DNA of 64,000 bases from a virus. Within the stretch, counting starts at the first letter, position 1. Each line of letters opens with the position of its first letter. Both the position numbers and the translations under genes were made by a program. The notes beneath the pieces are model-generated. The model was given only the letters and a program-made list of their open reading frames with translations. It did not search any database and was not told the origin of the DNA. Below are positions 30,745-42,095 of this stretch, one piece after another. The stretch is from positions 22,839 to 86,838 of the IMG/VR virus record IMGVR_UViG_3300049491_000357, one strand, 5' to 3'.

Positions 30745-32937
30745 TCATTTCCCAGGAGGGGCTTTGGGCCCAGAGGTTTTCGGCTTACCTAGAGTGGTGG
30801 AGATGAACTCGCCCTTCTCAGGTTGCTTGGATAGCCCAAAACTGGACTCCGTTTCTGCGGCGGCAAAAGGCGAAAATGGGGTCCCAGTCAGGTCTGTTTT
30901 CTCCAAGAGTTTCTGCCTGTACGCCAATTCCACATCAGAGAGCGGCCGAGAAGGAGTACCTGAAGCGCTAAGCGTCGCGGAGTCCGTTGGGATAGTATTT
31001 TGACCACGTTGGAAATTCGTCGCGAAGAGCGAAGAGGCCCCGTAGTTTTCTTTGGGGTCAGGGATTCGGTCTAGTTCGAACTTGGCTCGCACGGTGAAGG
31101 AGTAGTCATACTCCAACGAGAACGGTTTGTCGTCGGTCTCGTTGACATTTAGCGAGTCAAACGAACCGATGTACAACACGTTGTCGTAGTAGATGTACAC
31201 GGAGCCTACAAGGGCCAAATTGTTGGCTGTAGGGTCCTTACGGGCAAAGTCCTCCAACCAGATCGTTCCGTTGTTACGGTAGATCAAATAGAGGGAGAGG
31301 AAGTTTTGGTAGGAGGCAGAGAAGTTTCTCGCCATCCGGGTTAGCCCTGGGGACGTCCCAGAGGCCCCATTGGGAGACCCCCCGATGTCTAGGGAGAAGA
31401 ATCCGGCCAACTTACCAGATGCCGTCAACTTTGCCTGAGCCTCTCCCCAGTGCTCAACAAGGGGGCCAGGACCATTTCGACCGTAGCTACCGTCAGCTAT
31501 GATCTTCTCTTCCGATACTTTGAAGCTGGTTGGATTGACCAACATTCGTAGTGGGGGTGTACGACGCATCTGCTCAATGGCAATCTGAAGGGCCAAGATG
31601 TAGTCCTTCTGAGCACCCTGAAGCTGTTGCCCTAGCTCAGATAGGTTAAGGTCTCGGTCTGCTGCCTTATCGGCGTCCTTAGCTGCCTTGCTGGCCGCAT
31701 CTGACCCTTTCCCCGCCCATGACGTCGGAGAACCATTCGGGTCGACAGGTGGGGCCTGCACGCTCAAAGAACAGGCATCATTGTAGTACGAGTACTTGGT
31801 GAATCTGTTGGTGGAAGCGGTGTACGCCGCCTGATTTGTTTTTGGTGTGATACCCTGTTCAGTTATAAAGGCAGGGGGACTAGCCTTTCCAGAAAGGGCT
31901 GCCTTCGTCCACCCTACCCGATTTCGGTAGTCCACAGAGTACTCACGAAATGCACACGAATCTGGGGCATTGGTCGGAAGGCCACTAACATCCCACGAAG
32001 GGCCGCCCGCCTTCTTGACCCCCGCCGACGCCTCCTTCAACAGGGCTGGGAAAAGACCCTCCTTCGGGGACTTACTGGTTCCATGATAGTAGATCTCAAC
32101 GGACTCCCCGTAGTACCCGCCTTGGGCCAAAGACGTCATGTAACCCATGACGTCTCCCGACTGTGCCGCCGCCCTTGTGTTTGGGTTCCCGTATACGTGC
32201 CGGATCATTGCAACCGCCCCGGTGGCGGTACTTTCGTAGGTGTTGAAGTATGATCCGTTCTTATTCAAGAACGTACCAGGTTTGGCTTTAGGGTAGTTCC
32301 CAATGAATCCAGGGTTATTGTTTGGCCACGCCCCACTGGTCTCACGCATCGACTGTGCTGTGATGAAGAGCATTTCAGTGGGGGAAGGCTCGTGTCCAAA
32401 TACCTTCACGTAAGCATCATGGAAAATGTGATACATCTCACCAGGCGAGTGTTTGGTGATCACGGGCGGCCCCATGTCCTCACCCGTAGCTCCAGGTTGG
32501 ATTGGGATACCCGTTGTATTAGCCCCCCCAGAGGGCTGGATCTGGTACCCCGGTACGGTAACAATGTACCCCGCAGAGGCGGAGGATGCTGCGGATACCC
32601 CACTATTTTGAGGAAGCGGTTCTGAGACATCTACGTTCTGAGCAAGGCCGTTCCTGTTGGCAACGGTAGCTGAACGGTCCAGTAGTCTCCCCGTAACATT
32701 GGCCGAAGGCGGCAAAAGACCAATGATGAATAGCTTAGTATCCCGTGAGCTTCGACGGGGTACGTCAGTCAGGGGGATGAACTGGCTCGCCAGAGAGTCA
32801 GACTCTGCATTCCAGTTCGCACGCTGGAATGTCAGCAGGTCGTATAGTTCCGGAGGAAAGAAATCAGCAAGCCCCTCGATCTGTTCGTAGGTTCGAGCGG
32901 AAGGGGGTGCTGGGGAGGGGGCTGTGTTGTCAGCCAC
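30745..32937 (-). CDS. Tube-initiator/baseplate protein with lysozyme-fold (GH73-like) domain
   Basis: AQSMRETSG..NNNPG...FNTYES...GGYYG; C-terminal PPLRMLVNPTSF..HWGE domain paralogous to 32930-33724. Confidence 0.6.
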   Translation of the reverse strand: MADNTAPSPAPPSARTYEQIEGLADFFPPELYDLLTFQRANWNAESDSLASQFIPLTDVPRRSSRDTKLFIIGLLPPSANVTGRLLDRSATVANRNGLAQNVDVSEPLPQNSGVSAASSASAGYIVTVPGYQIQPSGGANTTGIPIQPGATGEDMGPPVITKHSPGEMYHIFHDAYVKVFGHEPSPTEMLFITAQSMRETSGAWPNNNPGFIGNYPKAKPGTFLNKNGSYFNTYESTATGAVAMIRHVYGNPNTRAAAQSGDVMGYMTSLAQGGYYGESVEIYYHGTSKSPKEGLFPALLKEASAGVKKAGGPSWDVSGLPTNAPDSCAFREYSVDYRNRVGWTKAALSGKASPPAFITEQGITPKTNQAAYTASTNRFTKYSYYNDACSLSVQAPPVDPNGSPTSWAGKGSDAASKAAKDADKAADRDLNLSELGQQLQGAQKDYILALQIAIEQMRRTPPLRMLVNPTSFKVSEEKIIADGSYGRNGPGPLVEHWGEAQAKLTASGKLAGFFSLDIGGSPNGASGTSPGLTRMARNFSASYQNFLSLYLIYRNNGTIWLEDFARKDPTANNLALVGSVYIYYDNVLYIGSFDSLNVNETDDKPFSLEYDYSFTVRAKFELDRIPDPKENYGASSLFATNFQRGQNTIPTDSATLSASGTPSRPLSDVELAYRQKLLEKTDLTGTPFSPFAAAETESSFGLSKQPEKGEFISTTLGKPKTSGPKAPPGK

Positions 32938-33724
32938 TTCTCGTTCCTCCCGTTGAAGCGTTGGCTACGCCGATAGTTGGACCCGCCGCCCCAGATCCAG
33001 TAGCGGACACAGGTACAGCTCCGTTGGGGTTTGTCCTGAGTGCGTTTTGCGTTTGAAACTGTGGGACTTGGATACCAGTAGGCACAAAGCTCCGACGGAC
33101 CCCCTGCACATTCGCCTGATCCCTGGGGACTACCTGTCCAGGGATCTTCACCAACGTCTGTTTGACCTTGAAGCTCCAAGACAACTTGAAAGCGAACGGG
33201 CTCTCTTCCGTCTCCTCGTAGTCGAACGAACGGAAGTACCCAAGGAACGTTCCCCGATCGTACATCAGCATCACATTGCCCTGGAGGACGATATTCCCGA
33301 ACGGGTCGTATACGCTACCGTTATTGTGGAACACGTCATAGAGATCACGGAACCGATCCCAGGCAATCGTTCGTTGGCGCAACACAGAGGTCACCCCTGT
33401 GTAGATGTTCATAAACGCCCCTGTGGACCCATCCGCCGAGATCTCAGATAGGTCGTCGGGCCAATGCTGTTCGACGAAGCCACCACGCGTCTGAAATCGC
33501 TCAATCTTCTTGGTGTGAGTCTCTGAAAGAGACGAGGGGTTGACATGCATCACAAGAGCATGCGGAAGAAGAGCTTTGGTGCCGTCGAATGGACTGGTGA
33601 TCTGGAACGCCATCGGGATGGGGCCCCGACGAGCCTCAGCCCCATGCTGGTACCTTGGAGGACCAGGAGCATCCAACCGAGGACTGTTGGGGTTAGGCGA
33701 ACGGATAATAGGAGTTCCAGCCAT
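32930..33724 (-). CDS. Tail tube initiator/baseplate protein
   Basis: LVMHVNPSSL...TRGGFVEQHW...GYFRSF...ESPF; directly downstream of tape measure. Confidence 0.7.
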   Translation of the reverse strand: MAGTPIIRSPNPNSPRLDAPGPPRYQHGAEARRGPIPMAFQITSPFDGTKALLPHALVMHVNPSSLSETHTKKIERFQTRGGFVEQHWPDDLSEISADGSTGAFMNIYTGVTSVLRQRTIAWDRFRDLYDVFHNNGSVYDPFGNIVLQGNVMLMYDRGTFLGYFRSFDYEETEESPFAFKLSWSFKVKQTLVKIPGQVVPRDQANVQGVRRSFVPTGIQVPQFQTQNALRTNPNGAVPVSATGSGAAGPTIGVANASTGGTRSG

Positions 33725-33729
33725 GGGTC

Positions 33730-36700
33730 TAATCTGTTCTTCATGGCAGCCATGTGCTCAACCACGACATTTTGAGCTGTGGCTTCGACGAACTGCTTAA
33801 GATCCCCCTTCAAGGACAACTCCACTCGCACCTGACCACCTCCGCCCCCTCCTCCTCCGGCGGGAACGATACGTTCCCCCTTGCCAATGGACGTAAGACC
33901 CTCCCCTGGGGCAGGACTGATCTTAGCCAAACCTCCAGCCACAGACGATACCATACCTCCAGCTGCGTTGGCTTTAATGCCATACTCATCCTCATGTTTG
34001 CCCGCATACTCCCCAGCAAACTTCATAGCAGACTTGGGATCACTGACCCCACCTTCAGCGAAGTCATCCTTCCACCCCTTCACCTTGTCTGAGAAGGCGA
34101 GCATGGCGAATTCAAAGAGAGCCACTCGAAGAGAGTTGAGGGTTGATTCCTCAATCATCTTCGCCATTTGATTCTCCATGAAGGACTTGTTCAGTTTGAT
34201 GCCCTTGTTCTTGAGGACGTTCTCAATCTCACCCAAAGTCCCCAGGGTTGCCTCCTGTGCTTCCACCCCAGTTTCCATGACTCCAGTCTGAGTTTCAGGA
34301 GCAGCGGTGCCTCCAAATGTGGCTTTGATGGCATCTTCGACATGAGTGTCGTGGGTGTATGCTGTAGAGTTTGTGGTTAGCGCCTTCCCAGCCTCTTCTG
34401 TGTTGGGGAGTGCCTTTGCAACACCATCTCCAACAGCGGCTGACTGTTCCTCTTTGGTGAGAGCAGAGGGGCCGCCCACTTTTGCTGTATCCCCCAATAG
34501 CTTAACAAGGTCTGTGGGCATCATTCCACCAAGAGCGGACTCACGCGCTTTGGCTCGATCACCCCCAAAGTCAGAATCAATGTCTCCCTCCCCATAACGA
34601 TCTTCAAGAGTCTTCTGAACCAATGCTTGTTTCTGATCTAGGGCGTCAGCTTCTTTCCTCAACGCATCGCTTTTGGCTTTAGCTCTAGCTGCTTCAGGCC
34701 CAGTAGCCCCATATGCCTCTCGATCAACATCCTCAGCCTCAGCTCGTTTGGATGCCCCAGCTTCCCCCTTCGCCATCTTAGATAGCTTCTCAACCTCCTT
34801 GAAAGCATCCGTTTGCTTCAGCGCTTTATTTTGATCCCGCCAATCCTTGTTATCTTTAACGGCAGCAAGGATTGCAGGATCTTTTGTCTTTTGAGCCTCC
34901 ATTTTTGTCTTAGAGGAAGAACTGGCCCCAGGCAATCCGGTAAGAGTTTCCCAGATACCAATGATCGCTTCGTAGAAGGTGTGCATCATCCAGTCGATGA
35001 ACACCTGAAGTTGCTCCATGATACTCTGGACCCGAGTGCCCATTCGCTTGTTAGCTTCCTCCTGGGCATCTTTCCCGTCGGCTGTATCTTTTGTGGCTTG
35101 GTCCATGGTGTCGTAGATCTTGGTCCAAGAAGCATCCTTCGCTTCTTGTGCCGACATCTTCCCCCGTTTGACCAACTCCTCTCGTTGCTCCGCAATCTGC
35201 TCTGCCATATTTTGGTATAGCTGACGCGTTTCATCATCTAGTCCAGCCAAGGAGTCACCGGCTATACTACCCAAATGTCCCTCATCGCTACCAAAACGTG
35301 TAGTTTCGGCATACTTGTGTTCAGCCGCAGCCACCACGCTAACTTTGGAGAGTGCTCTGGCATTTCCTACCAAACCCCCCTTAGCCATTCTCTTCTCGGC
35401 GTTCAGGCTGGAGACGGCCTCCTTCAGGGTGCCTACCTTTGACTTATCCCCTGACTCAGCGACCTTTTTGATCATATCTCGAACAGCGTCTTTACCCGCC
35501 GGGCCAGCTTCAAGAGCCTTCTTGACATCCTGGACAGTGCCCCCACCAGCATCTGCAATAGCCTTCGCGATGGAGCTGTTTTTTGATGCAATGTCCTCCG
35601 CAACAAGTTTGGCAGTCTTGGCAGGCCCTGCGAGTAGGGAGGACTTGACCTTGTCTTGGAAGCTAGCTCCCTTGTATGCATTCATAGCGGACTGCATGAA
35701 TTTCTGAGCATTTCGTGGGCTCATCACCTTACCAAGCTTACCCAAAAGCTTGACCGCATCTTCAAGACGAGTGTTGTATAGACTAAGGTCAGCGGACACT
35801 CCTCGGATCATGGCGTAAAACTTATTGCTGGCGATCCCAGAATCTTCAGCACTTCTCGTAATCATGCGAAACGAATCAACCGTCTGACCGAGACTTTGCC
35901 CCAGCTCAGTCATCATCTCAGCCTGGAAGCCCGTAACCTCCTGCAAAGAGATACCCATCGAGCGGGAGTATGCCACCGCTGCTTGAGTCACTGAGCCAAA
36001 ATCCTTAGAAAACGCAGCGGACTTCTGGTTTAGTTGCCCAAACTGCTGCTCCAACGCCGTAAGCTGCACACCTTCCGCCTGAAGACTAGAAAGCACTTCT
36101 TTATGAGTGTCCGCAGAGATCCCCCAATCCAAGTTATTGGACGCATTGTAAGCTGACTCACGGATGTTTCTCAGTGAGTCATCCATCTTACTCAAGCCTT
36201 CCTCAACATTACCCATCGATCCCGAAAACCACTGAGCTGTTCCAGCAGAAGCCAAGATGTCCTTGTTGAACTCTTTGACCATGGCCTCGGCGTCAACGAA
36301 CATCTTCACGAGCCCGAAGATCGAACCCCCCAAAGTGCCCAGAAGTGGCCCGAGTTTGGATACGGTTGAAATGACCGGCCCCATCTTGCCTGCGATTGCC
36401 CCAAGCCCCTTAAGGGCTGCCCCCATCGCTGCTTCAGGTCCCCCACCCTTTGCTTGAAGTGCAGCACCCTTGGCGGACAACGACCCACCAACCTTGCTCA
36501 GCTTCCCACCAAGGTGTCCCCCGGCTGCCTTGAGGCCCCTGCCAGCAAGCTTAGCAAAGCTCTTCCCCGCCCCTTCAACATCCTTGTGCAACAAGGCTGA
36601 AAGCGGTTCAGCCAGCTCCTTACCAGCCTCAAGAGCGGCCTTCGTGAGTTCATTGCCACTGAACTCGAACTTCAGGTCATTGACCTTGTCGGAGAGGTCT

Positions 36701-37146
36701 TCAGCCTTTCTTTGGATAGACTCGAAACTCTTTTGAGCTGCTTCAGTTCGCTTTTTATACGCCTCGACAGCCTTCTTCGACTCATCCAACGCAACTTGAT
36801 GGGTTGCCTTCTCTGCCTCAGACAGCTTCTCAAAGTCTCTCGTCTGTTGGCGAAGGAGCTTCGACTTCTCCTTGAACAGACTCTCCTCTTGCTTGTATGC
36901 TTTTCGAGAAACAAGGAGCTGTGCGTTGTACAGCTTCAGAGACTTCTCGGCCTTCTTGACAAGTTTAGGAACCTTGTTGAAGCCGTCAGACATCTTGGAC
37001 AAGAAGCCGCCAATAGCCCCCTGGCCCTCTTTTTGTGCCCTCTTGGCACTCTTTTCCATGTCGTGAAACGACTTCTCATACGACCGACGAAACTTGTCGG
37101 CCTTCATCTCTACGCTTAGAGATAGCGTAATGTCTTCGGTAGCCAT
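33730..37146 (-). CDS. Tail tape measure protein (ends at TTA)
   Basis: Long Ala/Lys/Gly-rich helical protein after tube and chaperones; ends MAAMKNR then TTA 33730-33732, 5 nt before ATG 33724. Confidence 0.85.
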
Positions 37147-38429
37147 CACTGTCTCCAGGGCTTGCCCGGCGTTTTAACCGGAGGCAGGGGAATTGCGGTC
37201 TCAGGATCCTTGTCAGAGGTTCCCACAGTTGTCGACACACCAGGGGCAATACCCCAACGATCCATAAAGCGTTCCATCTTTTCGCTTTCCTCTGGCGTTG
37301 GCTGTACAAAACCCTGAGATACTCGTTGTGCTTCGATTTGCTTTTGGCGAGCAATTCTCTCTTGCACCTGTGCCCTGGTAAGCCCAATCGTATCAGACCC
37401 CCCATAGATAGTCTGACCACGGAATGACTCCTCAGAGGCTTTCGCTGCTGCAACAAGTTGTTCGCGTTGTGCCGCAACACGGTCTTTGATCCGCTGCTCA
37501 TGAGCATCAACAACTTCATCGTGCCAGTCTTTTTCGCCCTTCAGGGACTTGGCCACCTGATCTGCAAGCTGCTCTGTTGTTTGAGCGAGAAGAACTACCT
37601 GCCCATCACGAAGAGTTGGCCCTTCGTCCAAAGAGATACCCTCATAGACATGCCGAAGAAGGCGATCTTTTCTAGCAATCTTGTCCTGCATCTCTTTGCG
37701 GTGGCGATCATGATCTCGGTTGTAGATCTTCTGAATGCCCTTGCCTGCCATACACGACCCAACAAATTTCGCGTTTTCCCACTCCCGCTCTGCGGCAGCC
37801 GACGTGTCTTCAAAGTAGTTGATGGCTCGCCATGTAAGCTGAGCCCAGTTCAACCCCAGGTCAGCCGTCCCCGCTATACCAGTCACCGCCGCCAATGAGA
37901 GGTCCAACCCGTGAAGCTGAGCCCACCTGTAGCGAGAATAGTTTTCCATCGCATACGCCTCAACAAGCACCGTAGCGTTTGAGGCTCGACGGTTTAGTTC
38001 CGACAAATGACGGATGACCTTGGCCCTGGCTGTGGGCTGCATGTCACGAAACATGTTGGCGATTTTCGGCATCCACCTTTGCCGGTCCACGAGTACATTC
38101 TGACCATCCACCATGAATACACCAAACGCCAAAAAGAGGTCCCAAAACCTAGAGGTCACCCTACCTTCGTTGGCGAATCCGCCCATCAGGCGAGTCAATT
38201 CAAACTCGTGCTGATTGAGGCTCTTGAACACAAAGAGGACGTCGTTGATTTCCGCGGTACTCGTCAAGAATCCGCGAAAGAGCACTGATGTAACATCCTT
38301 GTATACCTCAGGATTAACTTCTGGGGCCTGAGGGATGACCGTGCGAAGGTCGTCAGGGTCATCCTCTCCCTCCGACTTGCGGCGGAGTTTTTCTTGTTCT
38401 TCTCCGTATTGCTCCGCAGTCTGAGTCAT
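37146..38429 (-). CDS. Putative tail assembly chaperone
   Basis: 427 aa between tube and tape measure; TGATG overlap with tape measure start. Confidence 0.6.
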   Translation of the reverse strand: MTQTAEQYGEEQEKLRRKSEGEDDPDDLRTVIPQAPEVNPEVYKDVTSVLFRGFLTSTAEINDVLFVFKSLNQHEFELTRLMGGFANEGRVTSRFWDLFLAFGVFMVDGQNVLVDRQRWMPKIANMFRDMQPTARAKVIRHLSELNRRASNATVLVEAYAMENYSRYRWAQLHGLDLSLAAVTGIAGTADLGLNWAQLTWRAINYFEDTSAAAEREWENAKFVGSCMAGKGIQKIYNRDHDRHRKEMQDKIARKDRLLRHVYEGISLDEGPTLRDGQVVLLAQTTEQLADQVAKSLKGEKDWHDEVVDAHEQRIKDRVAAQREQLVAAAKASEESFRGQTIYGGSDTIGLTRAQVQERIARQKQIEAQRVSQGFVQPTPEESEKMERFMDRWGIAPGVSTTVGTSDKDPETAIPLPPVKTPGKPWRQ

Positions 38430-38437
38430 AGGTCACC

Positions 38438-39523
38438 TCAGATTTTGGAGGGCGGGCGGAACTTCGGATTCACACCACCCAAGGAACTTGGGTGGGAGTC
38501 CAAAATCCCAGAAAGTTGTTCGTTGGCTTGTTGTTCTGTGAGCAAAGCCATGGGGCGTAGTTCCACCGCTTCAGACCGAACCACAGGAACCCCATGCAAC
38601 GTGTGATCTGCCAACACCCCTGCTACATCAGCATCCCCCTCTAGAGCCGCCAACTCAGCCGCTCTAGACGAGACGGACGTTTGCTTGGGGGCCTGATGAG
38701 TTGGGGTGGGCTGATGGGTTTGGGCAGGGGCCGGAAGAGGGGCTTTAGGGACAATACGCTCAGGCGGCGGAACAGGCACTTGTTGATGCAAGGGCTTGCG
38801 GTTGGCCATGATGCTGGCTGCTGATACCACCCCAGGCTCAGGCTCAGGCTCTGGGGGTGAAGCTTCTTTTGTCGGTTCCGGTTGAGCCGCTGCTTCCTCT
38901 TCTCGACGCACCTTGTCGAGAATCTCCTCAGCATGTTTCATCTCTGCCAAGGTAGACTTTCGAATCAAACCATAGTCGTCAAGAATCTTGGCAAAAAGAG
39001 TGGAGGGTAGGTCATCTTCCAACTCCACAGCTTCCCCTAGAAGGCGACGAATGCGCTCCTCCACCGACTCCTCAGCTTGGGCAAACTGAATTCCCTCTCT
39101 GGCAGCAGTTGATGCCTTCAGGGTGCAGTCTCCAATTTTAAGGTACGTTAGGTGGATAGCGTCAGGACCCCAAGACGAAAGGATCTTGTCCATCAGCCAC
39201 TTGTGGCGTTCGACTCGGACCTTGCGCGTTGACCCTGGTTTTTTGGGATCAGGCTCCTCATCATCGATGAAGTCTACAGCTCTTAGATCCACACCATCAA
39301 ACTCAACCAAACCTCGGGCCACATGTTCCCCTTGGTACACGTTGAGGTATGTGAGATCTTCAAGTCCCTTACAGGAAGCAAGAACTGCCTCTACTTCCGT
39401 TGGTCGAAGATTGCGAACTACAAGGCTGTGACCAAGAATTTCGAACGGCTCCTCGGTGACACCCATATCGAGTGCCTTACCAAGGGAATTGATGAGGTCT
39501 CTCGCTGAAACACTGCTACCCAT
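38438..39523 (-). CDS. Putative tail assembly chaperone
   Basis: 361 aa directly after tube; LVVRNLRPTE motif; Pro-rich C-terminus; AAGGAG SD. Confidence 0.6.
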   Translation of the reverse strand: MGSSVSARDLINSLGKALDMGVTEEPFEILGHSLVVRNLRPTEVEAVLASCKGLEDLTYLNVYQGEHVARGLVEFDGVDLRAVDFIDDEEPDPKKPGSTRKVRVERHKWLMDKILSSWGPDAIHLTYLKIGDCTLKASTAAREGIQFAQAEESVEERIRRLLGEAVELEDDLPSTLFAKILDDYGLIRKSTLAEMKHAEEILDKVRREEEAAAQPEPTKEASPPEPEPEPGVVSAASIMANRKPLHQQVPVPPPERIVPKAPLPAPAQTHQPTPTHQAPKQTSVSSRAAELAALEGDADVAGVLADHTLHGVPVVRSEAVELRPMALLTEQQANEQLSGILDSHPSSLGGVNPKFRPPSKI

Positions 39524-39550
39524 TTTGATCTCCTTTGATTTGATCTAAAT

Positions 39551-39631
39551 GGGGGTTCGGTATTTCGTTTGAGACCTACACCTGCTCAAAAGAAGTGTAT
39601 TGGTTTGATCTCATCTGAACTACCGACCCCC
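39551..39631. promoter_or_regulatory. Long intergenic imperfect hairpin
   Basis: GGGGGT(T)CGGTA pairs with TACCGACCCCC; inner TGAGA/TCTCA and TACAC/GTGTA stems. Confidence 0.6.
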
Positions 39632-39644
39632 AGTAAACGCCGAC

Positions 39645-40361
39645 TCAGAACGTAGGCGCCGCAGCACCACCAGAGCCGAACCGAACCGAGAAGCCCTTGC
39701 CCGCAGCACCATTGGCCGCAATCGGAGCCAACCCAGTATCGATGAACTCACCGTACTGACCAAGCCCATCGATGATGTCGGTCACAGTCACGGAGGAGTT
39801 CTCAGAGACCATCGCAGCATCCGACGTAAAGCTCGCCCCATACGAGTTGAACCAGCAACCCTCAAAGTACGTGAAGAGGGCTGTGATTGGAGTCAGAATG
39901 TTGTCCGCAGTACCAGAAGTACCACCCGAACCTGGCTGGATTGTGGCGCCCGGAGTCGAGTTGCCATCCAGCTTGCCCGCGATTTCCGAGAAGACCAGTT
40001 CCTGCTTGATGTCGAACGGCCAACGGTGGTGACGCAAAGACCGAACGAGTCCGTCAATGCCTCCCTTGTATCCAACCATCTGGAAGAGGTTGGCTGTGTA
40101 TAGGAGCGTCTTGTTGAGAGTCAGGGTCATCGGTTCAGTGACGCCTGGCACCAACTCAGCGATCATATCGCCAAAGCCAACACCACGAACTGGGTCAATC
40201 GTACGAGACTCGTCGAAGCCGAACTCGCTGATCGCTCCAAGCTGCTGAAAGCCCTTGGCCCCCGTGGAGTAGCCGAACACCTTGTTCTTTTGAGAGACAG
40301 CCGAACGAGTGTTCGGGGCCGTTCCCATCCTGTAAATGTAATTTTTGTTGTCGACAGGCAT
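39645..40361 (-). CDS. Tail tube protein
   Basis: 238 aa; ESRTIDPVRGVG..IAELVPG, WPFDIKQE, YFEGCWFNSY; position between sheath and tape measure. Confidence 0.8.
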   Translation of the reverse strand: MPVDNKNYIYRMGTAPNTRSAVSQKNKVFGYSTGAKGFQQLGAISEFGFDESRTIDPVRGVGFGDMIAELVPGVTEPMTLTLNKTLLYTANLFQMVGYKGGIDGLVRSLRHHRWPFDIKQELVFSEIAGKLDGNSTPGATIQPGSGGTSGTADNILTPITALFTYFEGCWFNSYGASFTSDAAMVSENSSVTVTDIIDGLGQYGEFIDTGLAPIAANGAAGKGFSVRFGSGGAAAPTF

Positions 40362-40379
40362 CTGATGTCTCCCTTGTTC

Positions 40380-41216
40380 TCAGAGCTTGGCATTGGCGAA
40401 GAGAGCGTAAAGACCCTCACACTTCTTCGCCAACTTTTGAAGGTCACCTGTGACCCACGGTTCAGCAATGTCCACCTGACGAAGTACGTCCTGGAGGTTT
40501 GCCGTAACAAGATGCAAGTCAGTGCGAGCTTTCGAAGCATTGAACTTCCTGCCAGCAGTCACGAGTGCATCGATCTTGACATCCGTCTCAGCCACCTGGG
40601 AGATGATCTCCTCAGCTAGCTTGAGATTTGCCTGGAACGTAGCAAAACTCGCACTCTTACCAAGAGGGTGAGTGACTGCCGAAGGTGGGGTATACGCCCC
40701 GGGGTCCTCGACGGTGTCCACCTTTGGTGCACCCATACCGTAGAACGCATCGTTCTTCGATTGGTCCCCAACCTCAAGAAGCTTGATTGAGGCAACCGAG
40801 GTTTGCAGTGCTGTGGCGCCCTCTGGTGTGGGGTTGGACGCCAAGTTCTGAATGACTTGCTCAATCTCTGCGAGCTTGTTGACGAATGCAGCCTTGTCCA
40901 TGTGGTATGTACCTCGAAGTGGAACGACGTCTCGATCAGTTGCCTCGATAAGTGAAGTAGTGGAAGGGAGGACGGCTGACCAACGAGACCTTTTCGGAGT
41001 CAGGAACTGGAAAAGGGCGTCCGTGTTCAGGACCACCATGACCTTCCCCTCCTTCAAAAACTCGTCAAGAGCATTTCGACGTGTTTGAAGACCAGGGATG
41101 AGTTTTGTGACCAGTTGAAGAATTGAGGTCGCACCAAGTGCGTAGCGAACTCCATCAGGGGTTTCTACGTAGTCGATGACACCATCAGTGCCGATGGTCA
41201 CAGATGATTGAGGCAC
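40380..41216 (-). CDS. Hypothetical protein (possible head-internal protein)
   Basis: 278 aa, helical; KAAF and KSASF motifs. Confidence 0.65.
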   Translation of the reverse strand: MPQSSVTIGTDGVIDYVETPDGVRYALGATSILQLVTKLIPGLQTRRNALDEFLKEGKVMVVLNTDALFQFLTPKRSRWSAVLPSTTSLIEATDRDVVPLRGTYHMDKAAFVNKLAEIEQVIQNLASNPTPEGATALQTSVASIKLLEVGDQSKNDAFYGMGAPKVDTVEDPGAYTPPSAVTHPLGKSASFATFQANLKLAEEIISQVAETDVKIDALVTAGRKFNASKARTDLHLVTANLQDVLRQVDIAEPWVTGDLQKLAKKCEGLYALFANAKL

Positions 41217-41246
41217 ACCCTACACAACGTACGAAAGGATTTTCAG

Positions 41247-42095
41247 TCAAACCCTCAGAAATACCTGCAAAAGGTGCTCGGGAAGAATTACCGTTCCACC
41301 CAAAGGGGAACGAAGCCAGTCCTCATCCACCGACCAGTCGGACGGAAACCCCATTGCGACCTCCATCTCGTTCAAAATAGCTGCCGCTTTCATCAGGTCA
41401 AAAGCTACAAATGGGCTCTTCCGACTGGCCAATACAGCTCTTCGGCCATCATCAGACTCTGGCCCCAACACAAGCCCCCGAAGCCAGCCATTGCTGTACA
41501 GAGCAGTCCAGACACGAAGAAGAGAGGACTCTTTTGTTGTGGCGAACACAAAACCGTTCGTTCCTGTGTCGATCACTCGGTAAGTGACAGGAAACAGCTG
41601 CCCCTCAAGGGTGCCCGATTGCAGGTACGTTCGAACAGACTGAATAGCGGCCATCAACCAACCCTCATTCATCGGGTCAGGGGCCTCTGTGAGCTGATAG
41701 ACCAGGTGCCCTACCTCCAAGCTAGCGTGACCTAGCACCGTAAATCCCCGACGATGAAGAAGGTCTAGGGTAAAGACAAATCCTGGGGTTCGCTCTAGGA
41801 TTGCCAGGTCCCTATGTAGGAATAGAGCCATCGCAACAATGGTGTCCATCCCCTCGATGCGATGGGTGACGAATCTCTCAGGTAGAGGTCTACCCAAGAT
41901 CAAGTCTTCGTAAAAAACAGACAGAGCCCCGGGAGAGGCGGCGTTAAATCCTTCTCCATGGTGGTTGTAGGCGAAAGATTTAACATCCCTCACTTGCTCC
42001 CTAGTGGCCCCCGTCTCGAAAGTCACCAAGTCGGATGAGACCGCAGGAGCCTTAGGGTCAATGCTGATACTAAGCTGAACAGAGATGGCTTTCAC
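41247..42095 (-). CDS. DHH-like phosphoesterase-fold protein (NHH variant)
   Basis: 282 aa; FETG...AYNHHG...MDTIVA pattern resembles DHH family. Confidence 0.45.
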   Translation of the reverse strand: MKAISVQLSISIDPKAPAVSSDLVTFETGATREQVRDVKSFAYNHHGEGFNAASPGALSVFYEDLILGRPLPERFVTHRIEGMDTIVAMALFLHRDLAILERTPGFVFTLDLLHRRGFTVLGHASLEVGHLVYQLTEAPDPMNEGWLMAAIQSVRTYLQSGTLEGQLFPVTYRVIDTGTNGFVFATTKESSLLRVWTALYSNGWLRGLVLGPESDDGRRAVLASRKSPFVAFDLMKAAAILNEMEVAMGFPSDWSVDEDWLRSPLGGTVILPEHLLQVFLRV

